This document shows positions 40,631-55,620 of a DNA stretch of 64,000 bases, piece by piece (within the stretch, counting starts at the first letter, position 1; each line of letters starts with the position of its first letter). Source of the stretch: Octopus vulgaris (Eukaryota); NCBI GenBank assembly GCA_951406725.2, contig OX597833.1:41354001-41418000 (forward strand), read 5' to 3'. Below the pieces are notes generated by a model. It saw nothing but the letters and a program-made list of their open reading frames with translations, had not been told where the DNA came from and ran no database searches. The translations under genes and the position numbers were made by a program.

Positions 40631-40869
40631 CTGAAACGCACGCAAGGTTACAAATGTATAATTCTCCGTTCTATTGTAGTTTTTAATATAGTGCCCTTCT
40701 AATAATATTTTCGGTGTATGAACTTCGGATTTACAGATTTGACATGTAGATGATCGTAAATTAACGGACTACGTGGATTACAAGGCCTTTCACTGGTCAA
40801 TTTAGTTAGCCAAGTTTTACTCCGATAGAGTGCTTAAAAAGTATTCGCCTGGATTTTAAATTCATTTTT

Positions 40870-40905
<36 letters not shown>

Positions 40906-41073
40906 TATATATATATAGGCGCAGGAGTGGCTGTGTGGTAAGTAGCTTGGTTCCGGGTTCAGTCCCACTCCGTGGCACCTTGGGCAAGTGTCTTCTACTA
41001 TAGCCTCGGGCCGACCAAAGCCTTGTCAGTGAATTTGGTAGACGGAAACTGAAAGGAGCCCGTCGTATATATG

Positions 41074-41139
<66 letters not shown>

Positions 41140-41366
41140 TGTGTGTGTTTGTGTGTCTGTGTTTGTCCCCCTAGCATTGCTTGACAACCGATGCTGGTGT
41201 GTTTACGTCCCCGTTACTTAGCGGTTCGGCAAAAGCGACTGATAGAATAAGTACTGGGCTTACAAAAGAATAAGTCCCGGGGTCGAGTTGCTCGATTAAA
41301 GGCGGTGCTCCAGCATGGCCGCAGTCAAATGACTGAAACAAGTAAAAGAGTAAAAGAGTAAGAGTA

Positions 41367-41467
<101 letters not shown>

Positions 41468-42335
41468 TGCGTATGTAAGTATGTGTGTGTACACATATAT
41501 AAAGCATACACACATAGCACACATATATGTATGTATGCATGCATGTATATCACCTAATTTGAGGTAGAGCAGCAGCGGTCACTCTCAGGCTGGGCTCTTC
41601 ACTGCAGTTGACGTTCAATTATTTATAAGTCGATTTCTGCTTGGGAAACCGTGGTTTGAGAGACAATTTTTCAAGAGGACGCATATCTAGAATAGAAGAG
41701 GCAAGTTTATCGATTTCATCTAACTAGAGGTGCATGCAACTGAATAGTTCAGATAAACAGAAGCTGTTGTAGTACAGTAACAAAAAAACACGGAGAAAAG
41801 AGACAATGTCACTGTGGCCATTGGTGGAAGTGGGTTTGCGTGTGACTCTCCCAAACAGTTTGATGGCCACATTTTGAACTTGGTCATGATATCAGTGTAT
41901 GTAGCAGCTGAGCCATCTCAGATATGTAAGTAGTACTTCAGTGAGTGTCCTTCCTGAGTTTTGCAGATGGTCAACAACTGATCAGAGCTAAAGTTATTGT
42001 GGCTCTGGTGACAATCCTTACACGTCAAGAGCAGTTTTAGTAACAGTATATGCAGAAGTTCGCTATTGGATATCATCATATGATATGAGGTATTTGTAGT
42101 GTCTTTAATAAAGGGACTGTTATGAGCTATTTCCTTAGTATGTTTAACAAAAAATCGTATGTGCTATATCCTTCGATGTGTAGCAATTGTTTCTTTGTGC
42201 TGTTTGGAGAAACGAAGTTGATATTTTGGAAGGATTTATGTTTCTCTTCTATGTTGAGAAGTAAATGGCTTGAAGTAGTGCGTCTAAATTGCATGTGTTT
42301 GGAAGATGAAAGTGGTGTTACGGCGATACATTCTA

Positions 42336-43623
42336 TTGGGTTGTCCGGAAAGTTCGTGTCGATTTTTAAAGGAAAGAAAAAGGTCAATAAATACTTGCCA
42401 TTACATTTTTAATCGACCAAATATAAACCATTTTGTTGCACAATGCGTCTACATCTTTCCTTTAAATTGAAAATACCCTCTTCTCAGAATTGAGGTGGTT
42501 TCATGGCAAAGAATTCATCAAGGTAGCTTTTTACGTCATCTAAGGAATTTAAATTTTTACCATTAAGACTATTCTGCAGAGACCTGAATAAGTGGAAATC
42601 CGATGGAGCAATATCTGGTGAATATGGAGGGTGGGGTAACACATCCCAGCCGAGCTGCAACAATTTTTGTCTGGTTCCCAATGAAATGTGCAGTCTTGCA
42701 TTATCATGTTGGAAAACAACACCCTTCCTGTTGGCCAATTCTGGACGTTTCTCTTGAATTACTGCTTTTAACTCATCCAGTTGTGTGCAGTAGTTCTCAG
42801 AATTAATTGTCTGGTTACTTGGGAGAAGCTCATAGTACAGAATTCCTTTCCAATCCTACCAGACACAAAGCAAGACATTTTTAGGGTGAAGACCCGCTTT
42901 TGGGGTGGCTAAGGGTGGATCATGTTGCTTACTCCAGGATCGCTTTCTCTGAACATTTCGGTAGATAATCCATTTCTCCTCACCTGTCACAATTTGCTTT
43001 AAAAAATGCACGTTTTCATTCCGTTTATAAAGCGAATCACAGATGGAAATGCGATCCAAAAGGTTCTTCTCACTCAACTCATGTGGTACCCAACCTTCGT
43101 AGTGATTTGTGTACCCAAGCTTTACCAGGTTCTCATGAACGACGGATTTTGATAGATTGAGGCTTTCTGCCAATTCTCGGGTTGTGCAATGTGGGTTATT
43201 CTCAATTAATGACTTGATTTGGTCATCATCTTTAGTGGATGATCTGTCTGATCGCTCTTTATCAATAAGGCTACAATGTCCAGCTCGGAACCTTGCGAAC
43301 CACTTCCGTACAGTTCTTTCGGATAAAGAAACATCACCGTAAACTGCGCATATTTCTTTGGTTGCTTGTGAGGCATTATTTATTTCCTTTGCGGAAAAAG
43401 AAAAGCATCAAGTGCCGAAAATGAACTTTCTTATCTTCCATTTTAAAGGGTTACAGAATTAACACAGGTCATAGGAACATAAACCTTCATCCACGAAAAG
43501 ATAGCTTAAACTGTGTTCTAAATGGAGGTGTAGTAAAATCCTATTTTATGGACTCAACCAAGTTCTAAAATAAGTCGAAAGGTAAGCTACTATAAATCGG
43601 CACGAACTTTCCGGACAACCCAA
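42336..43623 (-). mobile_element. Full-length defective mariner transposon
   Basis: TIRs TTGGGTTGTCCGGAAAGTTCGTG(T/C)CGATTT with TA TSD. WVPHEL, VTGEEKW, FQHDNAR and HPPYSPDIAPSDFHLF. Confidence 0.95.
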
Positions 43624-43819
43624 TATATAGGAATGTTTGCTGTTTGTTAAAAGTAGCAACGAGATAATTGGTGTTCAGACATAAGGAAGTATCATAACTA
43701 TGATAGATTACGAGTCTAAGAGGACCCTGCTAGCTTATTCTGCTGACAGTAAACTCTCCATTCTAGGAATGAGAGACAGATGGAGTTTATAGCGAGACAA
43801 ACTGGCTAGGAGACTTTTG

Positions 43820-44707
43820 GGATCTTTTCAATTCTGAAGCCAGTTTTTTCAAATTTTTCCTACTGAACCAAACAATTTGAAACTTCGTATACTGGTAGAA
43901 TGTGTCAAAAGTAAACTTAATTGTAAACCAGAATGAAAACGGAATTGTAACTTCTAAGTTTAACGTTGTTTAATAATTAGAATTTTAACCAATGATATTC
44001 CGTCATTCGGCTTTATTTTATTTACTCCGTCTCGACCACCAATTTGGTGACGTATTAAACATCTTAAATGTAAACAAGCCGCATGTCTCCGTGAAATCTC
44101 CTTCTAATTATTTAACGTACTCATGTTTCCAGGATCCTATAGTCAGCCACCTTCTAATAACAATATTTAAAACTAGTTAATAAGCCACATGTATTAAATT
44201 GAAAATGTTTCCATTCTGTTAGTACTTGCTTTCGTTTGCTATTAAGAAGTGGCATCTCAGTGACGAGGCTTCTAACAAGATTTCGTTTCTAAGCTAATGC
44301 GTTTCATTTCACTTATTGTATTTATTTGTGCAAAAGGCAAGAAATTTAATATTAAAAAAGCAAAGAGCTGGCAGAAACGTTAGCACGCCGGGCGAAATGC
44401 GTAGCCGTATTTCGTCTGCCGTTACGTTCTGTGTTTGTTTACAGTTTTCCGAACGTTAGTACGTCACAAAAGCGCTTTCTACGTCACACTAATAGAATGC
44501 AGTCAAGTTTTACACATGAAAACAAACAATCTGATTGGTTAAAATTCGCAGTTTTAATCTACGATTAAAGTCATAAAATAGATTTTTCTCAAATAAACTA
44601 GTTCCAACCTGTGTCTTGTTTTGCTAGACTCTATCAGCATACGAAGTTTCAGAATATTTAGTTAAGTAGAAAGATCTGTGGTCCTGGCTTCAGAATTGAA
44701 AAGATCC
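43820..44707. mobile_element. GGATC-ended MITE (Merlin-like)
   Basis: TIR GGATCTTTTCAATTCTGAAGCCAG. Perfect 8-bp TSD GACTTTTG. Confidence 0.9.
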
Positions 44708-45086
44708 GACTTTTGTGCCAAACATAATCAAAGGCTTTGCTGGTGTGAAAGAAAACAACATCGATTTCTCTGACAGTCTTAATGGCGGAAGACTCTAGTG
44801 TATGAAGTGGGAGAGAGAGTATGAAATGGGAGAACTAACTGCCGATATATTACTGGTAGTCAATGAAGATGGAGAGGGATTCTAATTGTTGAAGGATGCA
44901 GTTGTTTATGAAAGTTTCCATCACTTTTGTGATGTTGGAAATGAGAAATAAATATGCTATCTTTATCAGCATACACACACACTTTTTCTCTCTATCTCTT
45001 TCTTTCTCTCTCTCTCTCTCTTTCTCCATCTTTCTCTCTCTCTCCCCCCTTCACACACACATACACACATATACACACATATTCAT

Positions 45087-45143
<57 letters not shown>

Positions 45144-45640
45144 TATTCATACATACACATACACCCACACACACACACATACACACATCACTGAAATCAA
45201 CCTCAGCAACTAGTAGTAGTTTCTTTGTGCGGGCGTCATGCAATTGGTCAGGTCACTGTGTTGAAATAAACTTCAAAACAACTAATACTACAATTTAATG
45301 TTTGTGATAAAGCGAGAACAAAACGAAACGTGCTATCTGTTGATATTGTTTGCTATAAAGTTTAAGTCAACTACTCAATAGTCTCTCGCGCAGAGACTAC
45401 TTGTAGTTGTCAGTCCTAGTTCCATCTACCTAAATTAAGTTCATACTCTACTTAATGGCATTGAGTACTTTTTCTTTCGTTTGTCTGCAATATATATGGA
45501 ATGGGGTGAATTTCTGGATATCCCAAAGTATGGGATATTCTGTGGTCGGAGACAAATAGAGAAAATGTGAAAGGTGTGGGCTGGTGGCAAGGGTGTGGGG
45601 ATGTGGGTGCCGGATGGAGGTATATATGTATATATATGAC

Positions 45641-45870
45641 AGAAAAAATATGTTCAGAATGCTGGATGGTTGTAAAAGAATATATTTTTTTACATATCAT
45701 ATATTATTACTTCATATTAGCGCTTTCAACTACTCCTGTAGTTTCATCAAAAAGGACATTTCTGATGAAACTACAGGAGTAGTTGAAGCGCTAATATGAA
45801 GTAATAATATATGATATGTAAAAAATATATTCTTTTACAACCATCCAGCATTCTGAACATCTTTTCTTTC
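45641..45870. repeat. Near-perfect inverted repeat (~105-bp arms) with a hammerhead motif in each arm
   Basis: CTGATGA-AACTAC agga GTAGTT-GAA(A)-GCGC-TA-ATATG on + at 45762 and mirrored on - at ~45714-45749. Confidence 0.85.
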
Positions 45871-45907
45871 ATATACATTAAATCTGTACATCACCCCCAA
45901 TACTTCT

Positions 45908-45980
<73 letters not shown>

Positions 45981-47210
45981 CGCTATATATATATATATAT
46001 ATTAATATCTAACAGAAGCAACAGAGTGACTCAAACTATGCTCATTTTTTTCTTCTTTTATATAGCTCTATAAAGCATCAATTCACTATTCTACCATTAC
46101 CATGCGGGCAGACACTATAACGACATTCATCGCCACTTTAAAGCTAGCTTTATTGTAATTGATGATGGTACATCCTCTACGTCTTGAAACTCACCTTCTG
46201 TCGTCTGTTTTCTCCATTACCACAACTCCTCCAACTATTTAATAAATAGAAAGAGAAAAATGTATGTTTGTGTGTAGGAAAGGGGAAAAGAATAAGTGAA
46301 AATGCCATTGTCTTTTGTTACGACTTCCTGTGGGTTTTGAAATTTTTCTAATATTTTTTGATTGCATTTTCTTTGAGACCAGAAATAACGTAAGCTTTTC
46401 GTGTACTTCTCTTTCGCGTGTCTACTGACCTGATTTTCTTTTTATTACTAACATGGCTGTGGGAATGAGTCATAATCACCACATATTTATATAATTTCAT
46501 CCAAATATTTTTAGGTATGTTTCTATGTATAAGTTTAATGGTATATATAAATACGGGAAAGGACAGTGGAGTTTGTCGAGATTTTGATAAACAACAATTT
46601 ATTCTCTTCGTACACAAAAAAATGAATGCTGCCGTTGCTACGAACGACAAAACTTCGGGTGAGTTTTTTGTTCGTGGTGTTGTTGTCGCAGCAGATAAAG
46701 TGTTAAGCTGCTTGTCGTCTGCTGACTTCTGTCATTCGACCTCCAACTATTCATTGCCTTTTTATTGTCAGCTGCTGTCTGCCGTCTCTGTTGGTCAACT
46801 CCAGCAGCGTCTGTCAATGATCTCTCGGCTGCCTCCCAAAACTCTGTCTAGTAGTCATGGTGTGTCGACTTTCACGCTGGTTTATATTATTAAAGGAAAC
46901 GCGTCAAAGGAAAAGATTATTACTGCAAGCTATTCGATGCGAGGTCGTGATTGACCGGATTTTTTGGTCACATGGGCTATATTCTTACGAATCGGAATAT
47001 CGTGCAATTGCTGAATATTCCAGCTTCACACACACAAACACACACACAGAAAAAATATTTAGGGTCAATAGACAACATATTTTTCTAATGTATAAAGATG
47101 AGACATGTACTGTTTATTTGTCCCATTATTATGCGTTAATTATCAGCGCCCTTGCTGATAACAAATTATCTTATTTGTACATTAATGTTCGAAACCTAGG
47201 TACAAGTGGT

Positions 47211-47668
47211 GGATCTTTTCCTTTTGATGGACGGAATTTTCTAGTTAACTAAACAATTTGAAACTTCGTATACTGGTAGAATGTGTCAAAAGAAAACATT
47301 ATTGGAAACAAAATTGAAAACAAAATTGTAATTTGTAAGTTTAACTTAGTTTAATTCTTCGAATTTTAACCAGTGAAATGCCAGCATTTGAGCTCAAATC
47401 TTTGCTGCGTCTAAAAACTCAGACAATATCCTGTTGCAACGTACAGCACACACACACACACACACGTGTTATTCATCCTTCTCTCTTCTGTCTGTCTTCT
47501 GCATGTGCTAGAAATAACAGCTATATCTCTTAAATCGATGAATTTCGTCGCCCAATAAAAATATTAACGGTATTTTTTGAATATTTTCTTTACTTTTTTT
47601 TACCAGTATACGAAGTTTCAAATTGTTTAGTTAACTAGAAAATTCCGTCCATCAAAAGGAAAAGATCC
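47211..47668. mobile_element. GGATC-ended MITE (Merlin-like)
   Basis: ~68-bp perfect TIR. Perfect 8-bp TSD CAAGTGGT. Confidence 0.92.
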
Positions 47669-47806
47669 CAAGTGGTAACTATCGAAAATGTTTTTCTTTT
47701 TCATCCCCTTCGAAATTACTCTTAACAGTGGCTTGGGCTTTGACTGCTCCTTTTAGTGTGTAAGGTGTCCTGTTAGGGTCACCTTTTTGTGTATAAATGT
47801 ACACTC

Positions 47807-47870
<64 letters not shown>

Positions 47871-47978
47871 CGAGTTAGCAGATAAATGTGAAACAAGGTG
47901 GGGGAAAATAGTACTCGAATACCGGAGGTAGAGTAATAATGCTTTATTATTAAAGCTGCAAAAGCATCGCAAAAATCT

Positions 47979-48613
47979 TATAACGAAGATGGAGTAAATG
48001 TTGAAATGAGATATACGACTTGAGATAATATGAACTTGTAAGCGATGTTTTATTCTCCGTTATAAAATACAATGGTTGTCGTACATGAGTTAACATAACA
48101 TAACAGGTTATTACAAAGATGTGTGAGAGAACTTCGTAGTTAGGCTGGACTGTTGATGTTGAAGACATAGTTGACGTATTGTTGGTGGTGTGTAGAGGCA
48201 GCTGATGGTCTGTTGGTCGTGAAGTGTTCATACAACAATGATGTAGACAGGCGTCTGGTGGAGATGAAAGCGGAGACTGGCTGGTGTCAGATACATCGTT
48301 GCTGGAGACGAATTGCGTGTGTGGTCAGTGGCGAGTGCCAAAGACCTAGAACAATCGAGAACTGCCGTACTTATAGGGAATAGTAGACTACCAGAAGCTG
48401 GTGATTAATTTCCCGCGTAAGGAAAAATAAACTGTTGCGCCAACGTGATTGGACAGCTGGAAGGCGACCAATACAAACAAGTTCGTTTAATCGCGAGGTC
48501 ATGTGACTGCTGGAACAAAAAGGTCTTGTGGAGCCGATATTAGGGTATTTAAGCCTAGAGGAGTCAAAATGAAAACAACTCACACAATGACAGTGTAAAT
48601 CACTTATGTTACA
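47979..48613 (-). mobile_element. Probable solo LTR
   Basis: T(A/G)TAAC...GTTACA ends, approximate 4-bp TSD ATCT/AACT, AATAAAA on the minus strand. Interrupts another repeat. Confidence 0.55.
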
Positions 48614-48657
48614 AACTGCTACTCAGAGTTTTACGTTCCCGTTCATCGGACAGTTTT
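48614..48657 (-). ncRNA. Degenerate minimal hammerhead motif
   Basis: Minus strand: AACTGT-CCGATGA-ACG ggaa CGT-AAAA(GAAA mutated)-CTC t GAG-TA-GCAGTT. Confidence 0.65.
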
Positions 48658-48857
48658 GATCAAGAACTATATATATATATATATATATTACTCCGAAGTA
48701 CAATACACTCAAAATTTGCTTCAGTAGTGCTTCAAAATTCCTTTCAGTAGTAAGAAATTCTAGGGAGAACTGAACCGCAGAAACCCTTCAATGAAAAATC
48801 TGCCACCACCATCCCACCACTGTGGTGTATGCGGGAGATTTGAAGTAAGACACCTAC

Positions 48858-49085
48858 CTTCTCTTCGTCGACGCAGACCTCTCCGGTGGTAACACACCCT
48901 TCCACGTGGCCCGACCCGAACGCTAAAAATAGCAGCTGCTTTTCCGTCACCTTGTCGAAGCGCTCACACGTCCAACACTGTCGGTTACCCCGATCGAAAA
49001 GGCCCAATCCTCCCCTGCCTGCGCGCGCGTCACTCCCGCGCCCTTCCTCTTCCGGTCGGCTCCCCAGATATTGACGTCATCCCAC
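48858..49085 (-). promoter_or_regulatory. CpG-rich putative promoter and first exon of a minus-strand gene
   Basis: Unique CpG-rich island. TGACGTCA (49072-49079), CCGGAAG on - (49049-49055) and GCGCGCGCG. AAG|GTAGGT donor at 48857. Confidence 0.55.
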
Positions 49086-49509
49086 AGGTGGCAACCCAAA
49101 ACAGAAATACCCTTACCGTTAAAAATCTATGAAGCTCATCAAAAACATTTATAAGAACTTGTTGCTAGGCTGAATTTCATGGTTAATGACTTTCATTGTA
49201 GTTTGGATATTTTGCACCATACTCACACCACTACATGAATTTTGCTTCATGAGGTTCTAACTACCGCCAAATAATCTCTGCGCAAATTGAAAATTTTACT
49301 AACTATAATGTCAACAGAGCACGATTAAAAATAGAAAAATGCAGTCATATCAATATGGGTGTGTGGTAAGAACCTTGCTTCCCAACCAAACGGTTCTGTG
49401 TTCAGTCCCACTGCGTGGCACCTTCGGCATGTGTCTTCTGCTATAGCTTCGGGCCGACCAAAGCCTTGTGAGTGAATTTGGTAGACGGAGAGTAAAAGAA
49501 GCCTGTCAT

Positions 49510-49558
<49 letters not shown>

Positions 49559-49852
49559 CGTTTGTTCCCAGCACCTACACTGCTGGGGACAATCGGCGCT
49601 CAATTGTTTACGTGTCCGTAACTTAGCGGTTCTACAAAAGAGGACGATAGAATAAGTACCAGGTTTTACAAAAAAATAACAAGTACTAGGATCGATTCAT
49701 TCAACTAAAATTTATTCAAGGCGGTGCCCCAGTATGGCCTCAGTCAAATGACTAAAACAAGTAAAAGATATAAGATAAAAGATCTATAATCTCTGTTGGT
49801 TATAATACAGAGTTTTCGTCTAATGTAAATGTTGCGCCACTTAACGATCTTC

Positions 49853-50550
49853 GGATCTCTACCTTTTGACTTAAAGATTCAAAAAATAATTTTTTGTAAC
49901 TAAACACTTTCAAACTTCGGACACTGGTAGAATGTGTCATATAAAACATCTTTTACTCTTAGCATTTTTGAGAAAAAACTTATTTTTACGAAGTTATTTC
50001 GCGTTAAAGTTCTCGTATTTCGGTAATTTCAACCAATCAATGACGTGTATTCAGCTGAATAAAATTACTGCTGTTGTTTGTCGACAACAACTATCGGCGG
50101 TGTATATTTCGTTTGTGACTGTTATTTATAACATCGTTCGTGCGTTTGCACTGGTTTTAAGGTTTTAGGGTTAGGGTTTTAGGGTTAGGGTTTTAGGGTT
50201 AGAGTTAGGGTTTCAGTGTTAGGGTTAAGATTTTAGGGTTACGGTTAAGCTTTTAGAGTTAGGGTTGTCATAAATAACAGTGACAAGCGAAATATACACG
50301 GCCGGAAGTTCTTCTCGACAAACAACGGCAGTAATTTTATTCAGCTGAATACACGTCATTGATTGGTTGAAATTACCGAAATACGACTACTTTAGCGTGA
50401 AATAACTTCGTAAAATTAAGTTTTTCCCCAAAATGCTAAGAGTAAAAAGTGTTTTATATGACACATTCTACCAGTGTCCGAAGTTTGAAAGTGTTTAGTT
50501 TACAAAAAAATATTTTTTAAATCTGTAGGTCAAAAGGTAAATAAAGATCC
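49853..50550. mobile_element. Palindromic GGATC-ended MITE with central TTAGGG/TTTTAGGG array
   Basis: ~270-bp arms. TSD CGATCTTC/CGATCTTT (7/8). Telomere-like array at ~50155-50266. Confidence 0.9.
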
Positions 50551-51259
50551 CGATCTTTTATCGTTTTACATATTTCCTTACAATTACTTCTTTCGGGGAT
50601 TTAGAAGTCAAAAATAAGCTTAAGCGATTACCCGATGGGTTTTTAATGAAAGACAAGACTAAGTGGTTCAATCCTCATTCCAAGCTGTGTTAATCCCTGT
50701 GATTAACCACAATGTCTAGTTTCAAAGCGAGACTAAGAATTATACTTATTAAACATATTGTAAATTTTTAAGTAGACACGAATATGTCTACGTATACATA
50801 TTTATTTTTATTCTCTAATATGATAACTAAATACGAAAGGAAAGCTTAAAATACAATGGAACAATACAGAAATACATAGTTAACTTTGCCGTGACACACT
50901 TAACCAGTCAGATATGTTCTTAGTTGCTCGTAATTGTTCAAGGTTTTAGGGGTTAAAAACTTAAAGACAAGTAAATACTTGAACGCACACGATAAAATAT
51001 GCCACTGGTGCTTCAGCAGAGCACTTAAGTTAACGTTTGTTACTAAATTGATCAACTCTCTCCACCACCACCACCACTACCCTTTCCTTCACACACACAC
51101 TTTCTCTTCCCCCCCTCTCTCTCACACACACACACTTTCTTTTCCTCTCTCTCTCACATACACTTTCGCTTCCTCTTTCTTTCTCACACACTTTCTTTTC
51201 CTCTCTCACTCTATTTCTCTATATACCTATCAATATATCTTTCTCTGTCTACCTATCTG

Positions 51260-51404
<145 letters not shown>

Positions 51405-51604
51405 GTCTGCCTTTTTATCTATCTACCTATCTCTCTATCTCTCTATTTATCTTTCTGTCTGTCTCTGTCTATCTATCTCTCCATCTATTTGTCTATATGT
51501 ATGTGTGTGTGTGTGTGTGTTTATCTATGTCTATGTATATCTATATATCTACCTATTCAAACTTTCACTCATTCAAACTCCTTCACTTTCTCACTCACAC
51601 ACAC

Positions 51605-51660
<56 letters not shown>

Positions 51661-52415
51661 GCGCGCGCACACGCACTTATGAACACGTTGTCTCTAGCGT
51701 GAAACTTAATAATGTCTCTGAGACATTTAAGATACTTGTGTGAACCCCACTTAAAATTTTGGTGGCATTTAGTGAGATTAGTTAAAAAATAATGCCAGTA
51801 AAATGTAACTAAGGCGGTATCATCAATGACAATAGTCACAGCTGTTCTAACAAAGACAACAACACCAATAACAATAACAACTACAGCAACTGTTTCAGCA
51901 ACAATTATACGGTAATATCACTAAGAACAACAATAACACTTAAAACGAAAGACCACCTGCTTATGTAAAGGATATACTGTGATACTGCAACAAGCACGAA
52001 AACTTTTGCAGTCCTTGTCACCACATGCAAAGTCTTTCCCCACACTTCACCACCAAACACACGTCTATATCACCACTCAAAAACGAAATCCCTCCTACAC
52101 AGGCCAGAGAGTATCTTCAACACCCCAACATCATCATCAACAACAACAGCAAAATAAAACAAAAGCACACGCCCGACGTCTCATCGGCTTCGTTTCCCGC
52201 TAAAACAACAGTCAACACCTCATAAAGAAAAAAAGTCAACGAAGGAACATCTACTACATCAGTCGTGGGTAAACTGCGGCTCGCGACACTTTTTTGAATG
52301 GCACACCTATCGAAAAACTAGTGATCCCTCGCTAGTTCGCGGTTCAACTACCGCATCAGTCGTGGGTAAACTGCGGCTCGCGATACTTTTTTGAATGGCA
52401 CACCTATCGAAAAAC

Positions 52416-53124
52416 TAGTGATCCCTCGCTAGTTTGCGGCTCAACTATCGCGGATTCACGACTTCGCGGATTTTAAAAATATATATATGAACACCAAAAA
52501 TTTTTCATTAAATCCAAAGAAGAAGAAACGCAGTAAGAAACAGAAGTTGTCGACCAAACTGGCTTGACTTTGGAACCGCTGGCCAAGCTCTGCAACCTGG
52601 CTAAAGAATTGAAAGAGGGGTTACAGGAACTGGCTCTTTTTTGCGAGGTTGCAAAAACATTGTGATAGGAAGTTGCTGCCGCTGCGTCTTTTTCCGTTCA
52701 AAGAGCATCTTGTAGGGATTCATGATTTCGTCGACCTTGTTGCAAAATTGCTCAGAACGAGCCATATCGTCGTCCCGTTCCTGTGACCCCTCTTTCAATT
52801 CCTTAACCAAGTTGCAGAGCTTGGCCAGCCGTTACAAAGTCAAGCCAGTTTATTCGACAACTTCTTCGTTTCTTGCTGCGTTTCTTCTTCTTCTTCTTCG
52901 CTGGCCGACTTCGTCAAGTCATCGAAGTCTGCGTCGGTTAGCAGCTGGGAGTGGCAGTCTAATAACGCGTCGATGTCTCCCGTGGTCATGCCTGCAAAGC
53001 CGTCACTTCCAATGATCGCAGCCAACTGCAAAGCTTTCTTTTTTTTAATATATATATATATATTTAAAATCCGCGAAGTCGTGAATCCGCGATAGTTGAA
53101 GCGCGAAGTAGCGAGGGATCACTG
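52416..53124 (-). mobile_element. Tigger/pogo deletion derivative
   Basis: TIR (C/T)AGTGATCCCTCGCTA. Acidic C-terminal transposase peptide GFAGMTTGDIDALLDCHSQLLTD...KKTQRQQLPITMF. Confidence 0.8.
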
Positions 53125-53623
53125 AATATATTTTGTAGAAGTATAAGAAATTATGTAGAAGTATAAGCAATTTATTGCACATAAATTTTAACAAAATCTT
53201 ACATGGACCCCAGTTGAGGACCACTGATCTATACTGTCGCTTCACTTGTTAGTCAGCGGAGGTGGTGGTGACGGCGGCTACGTCAATATTATCTCTTCTA
53301 TTCTACTCGGACAACCATAAACAGCATACATGCACAGAAATAACTACAGTATCAGTCGCTTCACTAACCTCAAACACTAAGCTGAGTCGCTCGTCATAAA
53401 TAATTGCTTCTAAAAGGCCTGCAATTATGGAGGAGAGAGATAGCCAATTACAACGATCACAGTGCTCAACGGGTACGTATTTTATCGATCTCTGAAAAGA
53501 TGAAAGGCAACGTCGATCTTGGTGGCATTTGAACTCAGAACGTAAAGTCCGAAGAAATGCCGTAAGCATTTTGTCCGACACAGTAACGATTCTGCTAGCT
53601 GGCAGCCTTTGTTCACTGTAAAG

Positions 53624-53642
53624 TGGCGACCCCGACGTGATT
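53624..53642 (+). promoter_or_regulatory. Orphan tRNA-Trp-type PBS, probable Gypsy remnant
   Basis: TGGCGACCCCGACGTGATT followed by a second TGGTGACCC. Weak gag-like IAAKFPS downstream. Confidence 0.5.
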
Positions 53643-54394
53643 AAATTTTGGTGACCCTCGACTATAGAACCGCATGTCTTCATTAAATTAGTAACCGCCG
53701 ACTCAAGAACAACAGCCTTCGTTACATCACCATAAATAATAACTGCAGAGGAACAGCATCTGTCGCACTCTCGCCTAGTTCTCGTTGCCCACTTCTGCAG
53801 TGGCTAGCAACTAAATCTACAGATACCCCAGTGAACCCAGAAATCGCTGCCAAATTTCCCTCAAGTAATTCTACAATGTTTAAAGGAGAAAAACACATTA
53901 GTTGATGCACTCCGAGATATAACATCTGAATAAAATATGGGAGCGTCATGGCTTGAACGCCTTTGTCCATAAGTATTCTAAACTGAGGCTTTGGTACGAA
54001 GCAACAACAACAAAAGATGAGCTAAACATGGAGTCAATATTAGCTCTTTTGACCAGTTAGATATAACACTCAAATACCTTCAAATTACCACGTATCGTCT
54101 TGAAAGAAGGACAAATTGAGCAGTGTAATCATAGATGTATAAAAAGCAGGAATGGCCAAAGTGCAAATGCCTTTCGTCTAAAAGTCTCTTCAATCAAGGA
54201 TGACTCGGAGCTAAACTACAACTCACAAACAGAAATAGACCGGCGAATAATGGAGAAAGTACATATCACACTGCTTGCCATTCTATTAATCAGTGCATGT
54301 CGGAATGGTACAGTGCGGTCCTTATCTGGAAAGTGATATGGTGTAATTGGAACGAGAGATATGAGGGACGTGCCTGCGTACACAACAACAATAA

Positions 54395-55620
<1,226 letters not shown>

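Larger units (their letters stand above)
41560..45260 (-). mobile_element. Old CR1/L2-like LINE RT remnant interrupted by mariner and MITE
   Basis: ISNITKVMETFINN, VVFFHTSKAFDYVWHKS|LLA continuing across the MITE, and LISYDDI. Confidence 0.65.

Noticed and set aside
46517-47252. 145-aa and 131-aa ORFs in unique sequence
   Set aside because: No recognisable domain. The second runs into a MITE. Probably intronic or regulatory DNA.
50155-50266. True telomere or chromosome fusion site
   Set aside because: Short array enclosed by MITE arms and a TSD, in one orientation only.
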